Shown here one piece after another: positions 1-13,668 of a stretch of 64,000 nt of DNA. The translations under genes were made by a program, and so were the position numbers. Source of the stretch: Azolla caroliniana (taxonomy: Eukaryota > Plantae > Polypodiophyta); assembly GCA_043228905.1 (NCBI GenBank), contig JBHGNT010000015.1, forward strand, positions 14,198,001 to 14,262,000, given 5' to 3'. The notes under the pieces are model-generated. The model was not told the origin of the DNA. It did not search any database and saw nothing but the letters and a program-made list of their open reading frames with translations. Positions within the stretch are counted from its first letter, which is position 1. Each line of letters opens with the position of its first letter.

Positions 1-2144
1 ATGAGACTATGGATGAATGGGGATGCCGAAAGTTCCTAGTTGACCATATTCGCGATTGCGAGAAAGTGTTACGGAAGTTAGAAGATGTGCATCTAACGCT
101 CTTCGGAGAGAAATCAGCATTCAGACAAGAAGAGATATTGGTAGTCGAACATCTATGTGGGCCCTACGGCCGAAGACCGTTGCCAGTCAAGATCGATGCA
201 ATTCAAGCTATGAAAGAAATATGCGAGTCACAATCCGAAGTTCGTAGATTTCTTGGGGCATGTGCATTCTATCACATATGGATTCCGCACTATGCACACA
301 TTGTGGACCCACTCTATCACTTGTTGCGGAAGGGGAAGAAGTTTGAATGGAATCCGGAACACACCGAAGCTGTAAAGAAGCTCATGAAATCACTACAAAG
401 GGTAGAAGCACTTAAGAAGCCGAACTATGACCGATTATAGTAACGGTTGATACAAGTCCAACCGGGATCAGATGGGTCATCAATCATGCCGATTCGGATG
501 GTTCGCAATATCCGATCCGATTCAGAGCACAGGTTCTCAACGAAAGGCAACGCGGATATGCACAAGTTAAAAGAGAATTATGGGGAGTTGTGTCGATGAT
601 AAAATCAGATTGAGATTACTTGATTGGAGCTGAAGAAGAATACGAGGGAGAAAGTGCTGCAACAAATCGAGAAAGTGCTGCAACAAATCGAGGAATCATT
701 GGACAATAACGAAAAGAGAGCCAAGATCCAAAGTAAGAAGCGGCAAATCCAAAGGTTTTTCATGAACAATGGATTAATCTGGAGGGAGCTGAAAAGACTG
801 AATGGTATACCACTACGGGTAGTCGGAACAAAAGAGCAACGAAACCGGATAATGTATGAATTTCACGAATCCGATTGGGTTGGACATTGGGGAACATGGG
901 CAACATTTGCAAAGATCAAACAAAAATATTGGTGGAAGAATATGTACAAAGATGTAGCAGAGTTCACGGAAAGTTGTGAGAAATGTCAAATCTACTCCGG
1001 AGTTCGACATCGAGATGAATTACATCCAACATTCTCACTGACAATCAACTTCAAATGGATGGTCGGCATTGCGGCCATGCCAACCGGGATCGGAATAAAC
1101 AAGTACTTGGTGTAAGCTCGGGAAGATCTGACAAACCAAGTAGAAGGACAGGCACTATGAAGGAAAACATGTTCCACAGTATGCCAATTTCTCTTGGAAG
1201 AAGTGTTTTGCAAGTACAGGTGCGTAGGACAAGTGATTGTGGATGGGGAAGAACTTGACTCTAATAAAGCCAGGGAATTCTTCGTCAGACATGGAGTACG
1301 GTTAACACTAACCACAACATACAATCCGGAAGCCAACGGAAAGATTGAGCGAGGACATAGCCCAATCGTTAAAGCACTTGCAAAAGCATGTGATGGAAGG
1401 GTGAAGAATTGGCCACAGATGCTTCTGTATGCACTATGGGTGGATCGCACGACGCATAGTTCCGTGACCGGTTATATGCCAGCCGAACTTATGACCGGAC
1501 AAGCACCGACAATGCCGACGGAAACCGCGATTGCAACATGGACAGTGCTACCATGGAAGGAAGAAATGAGCCGGGAAGAACTACTAGAGGTCCGGATACG
1601 ACAACTAGAGGGAAGACAAGAAGACATAGCGGAAGCAACACGCCAACAACAGGAAGCGCGATTCCGGAACAAAAGTCGATTCAACACAAAGCATCGACTA
1701 CGACCACGGAAGATTGAAGAAGGAGACTGGGTGATTGTCTATGACAGTAGTTTGGATCATCAACTTACAACGATACGGAAGTTTGCTAAAAGGTGGTTCG
1801 GGCCATACGAGGTTCAGAGACGACATAGCCGAATCGGAAAGTTTTTGACCACGGAACTTACCGACTTGCGAGATGGATGGAACAGTACTACAGGTGCCTA
1901 TAGCGGGGAAACGGGTGAAGATTTTCAAGAAGCGGACTGACGACAAACCTTATGTAAGTTTAGACAAGGCCACCAACGAGGAGCAATCAGACAAAGATCG
2001 TGGTGATGAGGAAAGCGAAGAAAGTGGACTACAATTGATAATCGACATAAGGGGAGAATCAGAGAGTGCTACAGATGAAGGCAAATAACAAGCATTGGGA
2101 ACTTCGGCACATACCGGAGGATGTGCGGGTTCGGAGGGGGCGAG
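1..2144 (+). mobile_element. Ty3/Gypsy LTR retrotransposon pol 3' part (RT end, RNase H, integrase), degenerate
   Basis: ORF fragments read VRRFLGACAFYHIWIPHYA (RT thumb), HESDWVGHWG...CEKCQ (integrase HHCC), YNPEANGKIERGH (rve) and RWFGPY (GPY/F). Integrase follows RT/RNase H, which is the Gypsy order. Several stops and frameshifts. Polypurine tract ggagggggcgag at 2133-2144. Confidence 0.92.
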
Positions 2145-2839
2145 TGTCGTAGTGTAATTCGCACACTACGTGAAATATGTAAAAAAATATATCTAATTTA
2201 AGTACGCATAAATAAATAAAAGAAAATATTCAAAATGTTATTACATGCATAGGGCAAGATTCAAACCGTGTACCTCCATGTAAACAAACCCAAACTTTAC
2301 CATTGTACTAAGTTATTATAAGTGAACTAAATATAGATTTAATAGGTATAAGAGTGATATTTACGCCTATTTTTACAAAAAAGTAAATCATGCACTTTTA
2401 GAGTGCGTGAAAACTTTAATTGGAACAAAAACGCAAGCCAATTACACATGCCCATCTACTGTGCATGAGCACTATATTTAGGAAATAAAAAAACATGGTT
2501 GAGAAAGGCAACTCATGCACATCTAGTGTGCATGAACACTTTAGGAAAAAGCAGGATGCTATGATTAGCCTCTTCCATCATTATATAAGGAAGAGAGAAA
2601 AGATTTACAAGGGTTGATTAATATAAAATATTTGGGGAATTCACGATTTTGCCAACTATTTCTCTCTTACAATCTAAGTATCAATTAATACATTATACTC
2701 ATGGGATACACAAGTTTCGTATCTTCATCTTGCAATCTATTTGTAACAAACCTTATCTCATATTCTTCTTTCTCCTAGTCTAAAACCCTAGCAGTTCCCA
2801 CCCGACTCACGCAACGATCCGGTGCCGAAAGGCCCAACA
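2145..2839 (+). repeat. Probable 3' LTR of the Gypsy element
   Basis: Begins TGTCG directly after the PPT, contains TATA-like ttatataag near 2581, and has a plausible end at ...ggcccaaCA. The end is uncertain because the partner LTR is outside the window. Confidence 0.55.
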
Positions 2840-3130
2840 CCGTACGGGTGTACTTTTAAACTCCAAGCATAGTACCATTCAACAACAACTATAGTTTTAC
2901 AATCCATACATGTATTTTCCTTCTTAAAGTGATACTTAGCACATAGCACATGATATGTGTGCAAGAACAGTGTAATCACAACATCCATAGCCTCAAGCTT
3001 GAATCCGAGGCCACAAAATATACACCTGGCAGTTTGCAAACACTAGTTATAATATATTAACTAATATGATATTTATACTACAGAAGTATAAATAAATAAC
3101 TTATAAAGCCAATACCGTGATATAGCTATA

Positions 3131-4700
3131 CTAGTAATGGTTTTCCATACCACTTGGGTGCTCAATTACAGATGGACAAAAAGTTTCAAAACCTTTCTCT
3201 TTTGAATCTTGCATCAAGCACGCAAGGTTCTCGGAATGCAGCTTTAAAGCTATCAATTTATTATCTAGTTCGCAATGTGCATTTCTGCAAGTATCAAGGT
3301 CTCTCATTTGTGATCTTAATTGAGTGCCGATATTGTTCAACTCCTCTTTCAACACCTCACTTTTTGAATTTTGGATTGTCGATGCAATCCATTCATATGT
3401 AGTCTTTATTGAAGAGAATTGCTTTTCTGCCTGTATCTCAACTTATTTAACTGCTTCCAAATCAGCAAGCAGTGCTTGTATTCTTGAGCTCATGGAAGCT
3501 ATGCAACCGGCCATCATCTGTTCATGCTTTTCAGTTATTGTGGCACTTAGTTTTGTAGATTGAACTTGGTGGACAGGTGTTGTAGCCAAAATATCCACAT
3601 GAGAGGTTCTCGATGACTTCAAGCCAGTGTTGGTACTAGAGGACCCTCTATAATGTTCTGATCAGTGACGATTAAAATCTTCCCAATCTACGTCCATGCC
3701 ACCCTAAACTTCACATGCAAATGCACGTGCAAAAACAATACCCACCTCATTGTTACAGATTTGATTAGTATCATAAACATGTTCATATCTCGTCTCAATA
3801 ACTTCACATATTCCTTCTTCAACCCACTTATGTGGAATCGTCGCCTTGTATTGGGATGTGGTGACCCCCAGGTTTTTATCAACCACTCTCTCAACTCTTC
3901 ATAAACTTCAGGTCGTGCTCGAAGGAAGTAACGCCATCCGAGAGGTGTGTCTTGAATGATGGAGTGGCACATCTTCTTCCTCTGAGTTGATGAGTTCATC
4001 ACCCTTTCTCTTGTGGGTGTCTTCTTGCTTTCTTTGATAGGCATCCTTTTTCTTTCCTTCATTGGTGTCTTCACTTTCTCTTTCACCAATTTCTTCTTTA
4101 TGGGTGTCCTTCTCGTCATTGTCCTTGTCTTCCCTATTCTTGTTGAAAGAATATGCATGTGCAAGAAGAAAACTCATCAAAATACCATCAACAACCAGCA
4201 AATTATCATAGCCAACTCAATCTAAGTTGCATGTACAAGCCATGTCAAACACACACAAACCCTAAACAGTCAGACAAAAACTCATCCATGTCAAACACAC
4301 ACAAAATAAAAAACAGACGGACATGAAACACAAAGTATACGAAAACATACCAGTTGTACATGCAACACAGAGAATATGAATAATCAAAACCTAAACCGTA
4401 AATGCAGCACAGAGAATACCTCGAGGTCGTACAAGTTGCAGATGGAACGATGCAAGGCAAGATCGAGGCAGAGGTACCACACCGTGTTGATGTCTTCACC
4501 TTGGGAGAACACCAAGCCGAGGAAATCACCTATATGCAAGAGGTTGTTGACGAGGTCGTGCAAAGGAGACAAACGAGCATACACAAAGTTCAAAGAAAGC
4601 ACATCAACAGCAAGAACAACAAGCATAGAGGGGAAACAACAATCTCTGCGTATATAGAGTTCAGAGACCGTAGGGAAACAACAACAAAAATCAAGCACAA
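3131..4700 (-). pseudogene. Degenerate, probably multi-exon coding remnant of unknown product
   Basis: Consecutive minus-strand protein-like fragments: LLHIGDFLGLVFSQGEDINTVWYLCLDLALH, an acidic stretch, WRYFLRARPEVYEELREWLIKTWG and a coiled-coil-like tail. They lie downstream of a (TC)n tract. No family recognised. Confidence 0.3.
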
Positions 4701-4844
4701 AGGGAACACAACAAGAATAATGCGGGGAAACAAAGAATCAAAGGGGGAGTGAGAGAGAGCAAGAGAGAAAGAGAGTAGAGATAGGTAATATACATGCAAT
4801 TGATTTCTAACTTTCTACCACTGTCCGACTGACAACTTTGAGCC

Positions 4845-4847
<3 letters not shown>

Positions 4848-4898
<51 letters not shown>

Positions 4899-4915
4899 GT
4901 GAGAGAGAGACAGAC
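4848..4915. repeat. (GA)n microsatellite
   Basis: Long GA run seen directly. Confidence 0.95.
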
Positions 4916-5249
4916 AGACCAACTGACACGTTCGAAACCTTCTCCAGGTTTGCTTTCATACAACTCTACCTAGGAGAATGAAGTTATAGTTAATGTATTA
5001 AATATGGCCTTGGGACACTTCAATTGTGACTTATAATATCTTTGTACATTCGTATTGAATTTGTTAATTCAATTTGAACCTCATTCAATGGATGATAGTC
5101 CACTATTTTCTACAGTAATTATTTTATTTTCAATTTTTTATGTTTATTTTCTTCCTCAATTTAGTACTAAATTTTTGGCCAAAAGTTGGTACACCATAGC
5201 ATGCTTCAACCCAACTACGAAGTTACATGGTTGGCGAAATAACTAAACT

Positions 5250-6129
5250 AAGTTGACCTCGATCTCTTAACAAAGTAGAATACAACAACGCAATCGTGGT
5301 AGTTTGTGAAGCCGTTTGGCTTGAAAGGATTCTTAAGGATTTGGACGTCTCCATCAATAAACCCTATCCTCCTTTATTGCGACAACATGAGTAGTATCCA
5401 CCTGGTGCACAACCCAGTCTTCCACGCTTGAACTAAGCACATTGACATGCACTATCATTTCATCCGAGAACGTGTCCTAGCCGGAGATGTCGACCTGCAA
5501 CACATCAACACAAACCTGGAGACAGCTAACATCTTCACGAAGGTCCTAGGAGTGGACAAGCTGCAATAGTTCACAACGAACCTACATCTCTCAACCGCTA
5601 ATGATCCAACCTTGATGGGGAGTAAGGAGTTGCCACCCAACACGAAGTCAAACGGAGAAGTGTGAGCCGACCATCGATAACCGAAGTCAGGTCTGACTAC
5701 CAAAGTCGACCCGAAGACCAGTCGAGACCCAAGTCGACTATCCGATAACCGGAAGTTGTGTTTGAAGTGGCATGATGAGAATCAAATTCAACGTCCCTAG
5801 TGTGGGAACACACCTTAGGAATAGCCAAGTGGGTGAACACCCCACCACTTTGTATCATAACTAATGTGTCATAGAAGCTAAGTCCTATGACACATAGTTA
5901 CTAGGTAATTAAGTCTCCACCTCCTTCCCAAGAGGTGGTTGTAGTAAGAGAATATAGAGAGAAGGTGACTACATAAGCAACTTCTCCTCTTCTTTGTAAT
6001 TGTTGGTTGTCTTTCCTTGTTAATACAATTTTTTTGTTTTCTGCGTATCTTGTGTTTCTCACACATACTCTCTCTCTATCATACACACACATCTTTTCCG
6101 TTGCACAGAAGCATACCTAATTCTTTATA
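5250..6129 (+). mobile_element. Ty1/Copia remnant: RNase H end, PPT and 3' LTR (about 5773-6129)
   Basis: Translates CEAVWLERILKDL...LYCDNMSSIHLVHNPVFHA*TKHIDMHYHFIRERV. The LTR start tgatgagaatcaaattcaac and its end resemble the LTR at 34666-35118. Confidence 0.85.
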
Positions 6130-6947
6130 TGTACGTTTTATATGAACAAACTATGATCAATACAACATAATTGAATGATTTACATTTTAACATATCGATT
6201 TAAACATGATTGAGAATGGGATAAGAAAGAATATAATAATAATAATAATAGAATAAGAAAGTATCGAAATGCAATTGGCAATGGTTCGGTTCGATTCGAG
6301 AGTGTCAAACTCAAACCATTTAAAATTGAACCGTTTTAAATACGTTCGCATTCACGAGTGGAAGGATCATGCATAAGTGGAAGGATAAGGAATATTCCGT
6401 TTGATTTTGGGGGTTTTTTTGCCATTTCACAAAACACCTTGATACTGGTATCACATGTTCTCTAAAACTTGATGAAAAAGTTGAAAATTTTCACCATTTG
6501 GTAAAATTGAAAAATGCCAAATTTTGGTCAAATACGAAAAGTAACTTTGTGTATTTTTAAAGAAAAATGATAACTAATAAGTTTTTAGATCTTAAAGAAA
6601 TGAAAAGCAGAGGATTTTAAAACAATGAACGTTTTTATTTCATTCGATAAAATGTTGTCTAAATTTGTTACACAGAGTTGCACAACAAATACATTTGGGA
6701 GTTATTTGCATAAATATCATCATTCTTTTCATGAGAATGACTACTATAGATAATATACAATTCTGACTCTTCCTCCTCATTTTCAAATGTACCAATCAAA
6801 TCATTGTCTTCACCAAATGGTGTCTCCAAATTGTGTGCAGTAAATCTTCTTCACCTTCAATATGAGATATCTTACATATGAGACTCAGAGTCTGTCGACA
6901 AAATACAGGACTGACAAATTTCCTCCCACAGGAGTGAAGGGAGAGTT

Positions 6948-9900
6948 TGTTGGGAATATGTCCCTCCACAAGGGAGGAAGAACCAACTGATCGGAAAGCC
7001 AACAGTCAATGACAGGGAAGATCCGACTGTTCGGAAAGCTAACAGTCGAAGAGTCGAAAATAGTGAGTCGACTGTTTGAAGATTCGACTATTATTATTAT
7101 AGTCATAATAATAATGATGATGTTAGGAAACAGGTCTCTCGGATGGGGAGAGAGAGGAGCCGAGTTGATGAGGCCTCAGCCGAAACCGGGATCGTGTATA
7201 TAGCCAACTCGGGAGACTATAATTGTAAATAGTCTAAGTGTGCGTCCCATGAGGGCTATGTATGTAAATAGCCAGAAAGTTGTGTAAATAGCCAGTATAT
7301 ATACAACTAGGGCAAACTTTATGTGTGTGCAGAGGTTGTAAGTACAGAAGTTGTAAAACGCAAGAGAGTGAGAGAGAGAGAAGTGAGAGTCGTGCCATAG
7401 TTGTGTGTGTAACAGCATACGCGAAGAGTCGTGTGAGGCTGATACACTCGACATAGTGTTGTAATCATCTTTGTATTGTATATCCACTATACTATAGTGA
7501 AGAATCTGTTCACCCATGGTTTTTTTCCCCGTTATAGGGTTTCCACGTAAATCTCTATGTATACTTTTGTTTATCTTGTCTTTTTGGCATTTCTGTAAAT
7601 CGTATTTCAGCGCGTAGTTCGTTTATTGTGATCTATTCCGCATCGATTTCTCATCAAACTGGTATTAGAGCTTGAGGTGCAAGCATGGAAGGAGGCGTGA
7701 GCGGATTCCCAGATATGATAGTCCTGAACTCTCAGAACTATGCAGATTGGAAGATAAAGATGGAAGACCTTCTCATAGTAAAAGACCTTTACGAGCCAGT
7801 TGACAGAGCAGAAAGACCCAAGGGGGTATTGGAGTCAGACTGGAAGCTCCTAAACAAAAAGGTCGTGGCCACTATCCGAGAATGCGTCGATGTAAGTGTC
7901 CTTCAGCATGTGGCAAACGACACCAATGCCCACGAGATGTGGCAAAAGCTGTCGGGTCTTTATGAGAGGAAGAATGCGCGAAATAGAACCTCGTTGATGA
8001 GAAAGATCGTACAACTGAAATACAGAGATGGTGAGAGCATCGTCAAACACATTAGCACATTTATGGGGTATGTAAATCAACTTGTTGCGACCAAGTTTCC
8101 CTTGGATGATGCGATGCAGGCCATCCTGCTGATGTGCATGTTGCCGGAAAGCTGGGAGAACCTGGTGGTTACTCTCAGCACCTCCTGTCAAGAAGAGAAC
8201 TTGTCTTTACAGACGATGAAGACAAGCATCCTAAACGAGGAGGCAAGGAGGAAAGAGAAAGAAGTCTTGTCCCAAACGGAGTCGAATCTGACTCAACATA
8301 TGGACAGAGTAAGGGACCGGCGAAGAAGAAGTCCGCAGTGAACGGACAAATCCCACGCCAAATTGAAGTCCAAAGGTAAGCCTATGTGCTTTTATTGCGG
8401 AAAACCTGGACACTTCCAGAAGGACTGCCAACACATAAAGAAAGACAAGAGTGTCAGAAATAATGTCGAACTCCGGAAAATTCCGGATGAAAAGAACACT
8501 TCGGCCATTGTTACGAGCAATGAGGAACTTCTGATCATATGTGAACAGACAAGTGCAAATCTTGCAAGCGAAGAGTGCACTTGGGTGATCGACTCCTGCG
8601 CATCCTTTCACATTACTCCATCGAGAGAGTACTTCTCGACTTACATAGTCGAGGATCATGGCTATGTAAAGATGGGTGATAGTGGAGAATGCAAGATAAT
8701 CGGAGTCGGAAATGTGTGCTTAACGACATCGACAGGGTGTTGACTAACGTTGAAGGATGTTCGACACGTCCCCGATAACAGATTGAACCTGATATCAACT
8801 GGAAGGCTTGATGACGAAGGCTATAAGTGGAAGTTCTGTCGAGGAAATCTCATAGTGGCCCGAGCACAGAAAGAAGGCACATTGTACATGATGCATGCTA
8901 GACTGTGCAAATCGGAAGTAAACGTGGTAGCCGACTCGGCAGGGGAGATATGGCATAAGAGGCTAGGCCACATGAGTGAGAAGGGAATGCACATGTTAGC
9001 AGACCAGAAACTTCTACCAGAAGTCAAGGCAGTGCACCTGGAGAAGTCTGTTGACTGCTTAGTTGGAAAGCAGAACAGGGTGGCATTCCACACGAGACCA
9101 CCGAGGAGAAGAGAAGTTGTATTGGAACTAGTGCACACGGATGTGTGCTATGTGGATGCTCCATCGCATCGAGGTGGACAGTACTTCGTGACATTCATTG
9201 ATGACCATAGTCGGAAGACATAGGCCTTCTTACTGAAGACAAAGGATCAAGTATTGTCGGTTTTCAAGGAGTTCCAGGCAAGAGCTGAAAGAGAGTCGGG
9301 TCGGAAACTGAAGGTTGTAACGATGGTGAATACAAAGGGCAGTTCGAATAATACTGCAAGTGCCAAGGTATTCGAATTGAATACACAGTACCAAAGACCC
9401 CATAGTTGAACAGGCTTGCAAAGCGGATGAATCAAACGATCATGGAGAGAGTAAGGAGCATGCTCTCTCATGCGAAACTGCTGAAATCCTATTGGGCTGA
9501 GGCAATGTACACAGTTGTCTATCTGATCAACAGGTCTCCCTTAGTGCCATTAAAGCGTGATTTCCCACAGAGGGTGTGGACAGGGAAGGATGTCTCCTAC
9601 CAACACCTGAGAGTGTTCGGATGTTTGTCGTATATGCATGTACCAAAGGATTAGAGGTCAAAGCTCAACAGCAAGTCGAAAGCATGCATATTCATGGGAT
9701 ACTTGGAAGATGAGTTCGGCTACAGGTTGTGGGACTTAGTTGACAAGAAGGTAGTGAGAAGTCGAGATGTAGTCTTCCTAGAAGACAAGAAAATTGAAGA
9801 CTGGAAGCAATAGAAGTCGGAACAGACTCCCCAGTCAACCTCGACTACCATCAACTTAAGGCCAAGTGAGTCGCCACCGACAGCTATAAGGAGACAGCTG

Positions 9901-12435
9901 GCCGACAGAGCCGAATCCGAGTCGGTCAACTCGAAAAGACCGACAGACTATGAGTCAGAGTCGGCAGACCTAGTAAAATCAATTGAGGAATATGAGTTGG
10001 AGTTGTCCAACCTGGAGATGCCGATTGATGAGCAGAATCCCGAGCAAAGAGAAGAGTTGGCAGAGACATCCGGACTAGAGCCAACAGCGAGTGGACGAAG
10101 GTACCCACTCAGAGAAAGGAAGGCACCAATTACATATGCTAGTCAATACATCCTCTTGACTGATGACGGTGAACCGGAGTGCTATGAAGAAGCCATTGCC
10201 AACGAGAGCAGAGAAAAATGGTTGAATGCAATGCAAGAGGAGATGGAATCCTTGCACGTGAATTACACCTACGAACTAGTAGAGCTACCAAAAGGTAAGA
10301 GAGCACTTAGGAATAAATGGGTCTACAAGGTGAAGACTGGAGAAGTCGACAGTGAGCCCAGGTATAAAGCCCGCATAGTGGTGAAGGTTTTTCAACAGAA
10401 GAAGGTCATCGACTTTGACGAAATATTAGCACCAGTCGTGAAGATGACATCCATACGAACTGTTCTGGAGATCAAACAATTGGACGTCAAAACCGCATTT
10501 CTGCACGGGGAGTTAGACGAAGAGATCTACATGCATCAACCCGAAGGCTTTGAGGAGAAAGGGAAAGAGAATCTACTGTGTCGACTGAGGAAAAGCTTGT
10601 ACGGTCTGAAACAAGCTCCACACCAATGGTACAAGAAATTTGAGTCCTTCATGATGGAACATCGGTTCTAGAAAACACAGGTTGATCACTGTGTGTTCAT
10701 AAAAAGGTACGAGGAAGGAGATTTCTTGATTCTCTTGCTATATGTTGATGATATGTTGATAATCGATCGAGATGCAAGGAAGATTGGAAGCTTGAAGAAA
10801 GCTCTCCGCAAATCATTTGCCATGAAAGACCTTGGACCGGCAAAGCAAATCCTAGGAATGCACATAACCCGAGACAGAGCTCGGAAGGTGCTATGGTTGT
10901 CACAACAAAAGTATGTGATGAAGATCCTAGAGAGGTTCAACATGTCGAACGCAAAGCCGGTCGGCTCCGTGTTGCCAACAAATTGTAGATTGAATGCGAA
11001 GCAGTGTCCGAAAGGGCAAAAGGAAAAGGCTGAGATGAAGAAGGTACCATATGCCTCAGGCGTCGATAGTCTAATGTATGTTATGGTCTATACGAGACCG
11101 GACATAGCATTTGTTGTGGGAGCAGTAAGCCGATATATGAGTAATCCAGGGAGAGAACACTAGGCAGCGATGAAATGGATACTCAGGTACTTAAAGGGCA
11201 CCTCAGGTGTGTGCCTAAGGTATGGTGTCGGAAAACCTGTGCTGGAAGGTTTTACTGATTCGGATATGTCTGGAGATACCGACTCGAGCCGATCCACGTC
11301 AAGGTACGTGATGACCTATGCAGGGGGAGCAGTGTCGTGGTAGTCATGACTGTAGAAGTCTGTAGCCTTGTCGACTACAGAGGCAGAGTATATGGCAGTG
11401 GTAGAGGCCGGAAAAGAGCTGATCTGGATGAGAAATTTTCTCACCGAACTAGGCATGAAGCAAAAGGTGTTCTTGCTTCATTGTGATAGCCAAAGCGCCA
11501 TACACCTAGCCAAGAACACGGGATACCATTCCCAAACCAAGCACATACAGAGAAGGTATCACTGGTTGCGGGAGAGAGTCGAAGAAGGAGAGTTTTCCCT
11601 TGTGAAGATCCATACCGACGACAATGGATCTGACATGCTAACGAAGAACCTACCTATGGACAGACTCAGAGTCTGTCGACAAAATACAGGACTGACAAAT
11701 TTCCTCCCACAAGAGTGAAGGGAGAGTTTGTTGGGAATATGTCCCTCCACTGGGAGGAAGAACCAACTGATCGGAAAGCCAACAGTCAATGACAGGGAAG
11801 ATCCGACTGTTCGAAAAGCCGACAGTCGAAGAGTCGAAAACAATGAGTCGATTGTTTGAAGATTCAACTATTATTATTATAGTCATAATAATGATGATGA
11901 TGTTAAGAAATAGGTCTCTCGGATGGGGAGAGAGAGGAGCCGAGTTGATGAGGCCTCGGCCGAAACCGGAATCGTGTATATAGCCAACTCGAGAGACTAT
12001 CATTGTAAATAGTCTAAGTGTGCGCCCCATGAGGGCTACGTATGTAAATAGCCAGAAAGTTGTGTAAGTATATATACAACTAGGGCAAACTTTATGTGTG
12101 TGCAGAGGTTGTAAGTACAGAAGTTGTAAAACGCAAGTGAGGGAGGGAGAGAGAGAGAGAAGTGAGAGCCGCGCCATAGTTGTGTGTGTAACAGCATACG
12201 CGAAGAGTTGTGTGAGGCTGATACACTCGACATAGTGTTGTAATCATCTTTGTATTGTATATCCACTATACTATAGTGAAGAATCTGTTCACCCATGGTT
12301 TTTTTCCCCGTTTTAGGGTTTCCACGTAAATCTCTATGTATACTTCTATTTATCTTGTCTTTCGGGCAATTCTATAAATCGTATTTCAGCACGTAGTTCG
12401 TTTATTGTGATCTATTCCGCATTGATTTCTCATCA
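6948..12435 (+). mobile_element. Full-length but decayed Ty1/Copia LTR retrotransposon
   Basis: LTRs 6948-7656 and 11729-12435 (TG...CA). PBS tggtattagagc (tRNA-iMet type) at 7660. PPT before 11729. Domain order gag-PR-IN-RT-RH. Confidence 0.96.
7685..11718 (+). pseudogene. Copia gag-pol polyprotein with multiple stops and frameshifts
   Basis: NYADWKIKMEDLL (gag), CFYCGKPGHFQKDC (zinc knuckle), WVIDSCASFH (protease), WHKRLGH and VHTDV (integrase), LLYVDDML (RT), STTEAEY and KHIQRRYHW (RNase H). Confidence 0.93.
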
Positions 12436-13668
12436 TGAACATGAATTCAATACATTGTATGGAATTATGATCAAAACTCTGTTTTTTACATCAACTCGAT
12501 ACTATATATCGAGTTCATGTTTAAAAAACTTCTTATTTTTCAAATAAAAGAGGTTTTTTAAACATGAACTCAAATTATACTGAAATCTATGTTTTTACAA
12601 GAAAAAAATATGCATATCAATACTACAAAACAAGATACCTTACGGTGAACATGTGCTTCATTGATTAGCAAAAAAACATTAATAATTGTATTGATGGTAA
12701 TTGAACTTCGCAAATGCCATTTACTTCACAAATTTTGTCGGGGAATTCTCAAAAGGAAGAAGAGGATAACATTGTAGATACCCTGATAACTGTGTGATAT
12801 GTTCAAATTGATATATTAATGTTCACATCTAAAGTTTGACAGTTTTGACAGTTTATGAATATCATCTGCATTTTTGGAGTTGTGGATTTATCAAAATTGT
12901 TTATGAATATTGTCTACATTTCTTGAGTTGTGAATTTATGGATGTTAATGAGCACTAAATTTATAGATGATGATATTAAGGATTGCAATGTTACCTCTTA
13001 TACTTAAAACATTTTCAAGTCTAATAAAAGATGTAATCTTAATCTCATCAAGATAGTCAAACCATTAATCTTAACTTGTGCCTTGATTAACCATTGTGAT
13101 TTTCTTTAAGTTAACTACATTTCATATCTGCAAACCATCAACATTTAAACATTTACTGAAAAACTATTCAATTTTAGAAATTATCATTTTGAAACTTGTT
13201 AAATCTCAAAAATTTAGCAAATTTTACATGCTATTTAAAACATGTGATACTAGTGTATCAAGTTTTTGAAAATTGTCTAAAATCGTAAGATTATAAAAGG
13301 AATCTATAAATGGAATGCGCAATCCTTCCACTTGTGAACGCGAACGTGTTTTTAAAAATTTGAAACTTAAACCAAATTGAACCAAACCACGAAACTGCTA
13401 AAACCAACAATGTTAAACGAAACTACTATAAAAATTCAAGCTCAAACTAGACGATCTTAGAGAGTTTCAAACCTTTAAACTGCGAAACTACAATTTCAAG
13501 ATTTGGTTTTGGTTTTCAATGTAGGTCAAATTTCAAAATTTTAATCTTTCAAAGTTTCAAATTTTAATTTTTCTAAAGATTTCTCCTAAAATGTCAAAAT
13601 TAGGCTTAAACATGAAAATGTTGTGATATCCATATTTAAGAAAATATTTAAACAAATAATCCAGTGTT

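Larger units (their letters stand above)
6339..13350 (-). mobile_element. Non-autonomous deletion derivative of the Sola-like TIR transposon
   Basis: TIRs of about 35 bp: aatacgttcgcattcacgagtggaaggat (6339) and atccttccacttgtgaacgcgaacgtgtt (ends 13350). 4-bp TSD TTTA at 6335-6338 and 13351-13354. 6339-6480 and 6720-6810 are reverse-complement homologues of the 3' end of the large element (35150-35651). Confidence 0.85.

Noticed and set aside
6339-6345. CACTA classification from the CACG-like terminus
   Set aside because: The TIR extends to AACACG, the TSD is 4 bp, and the transposase motifs are not TnpD-like.
7660-7671. tRNA gene
   Set aside because: It is only the primer-binding site complementary to the tRNA-iMet 3' end.
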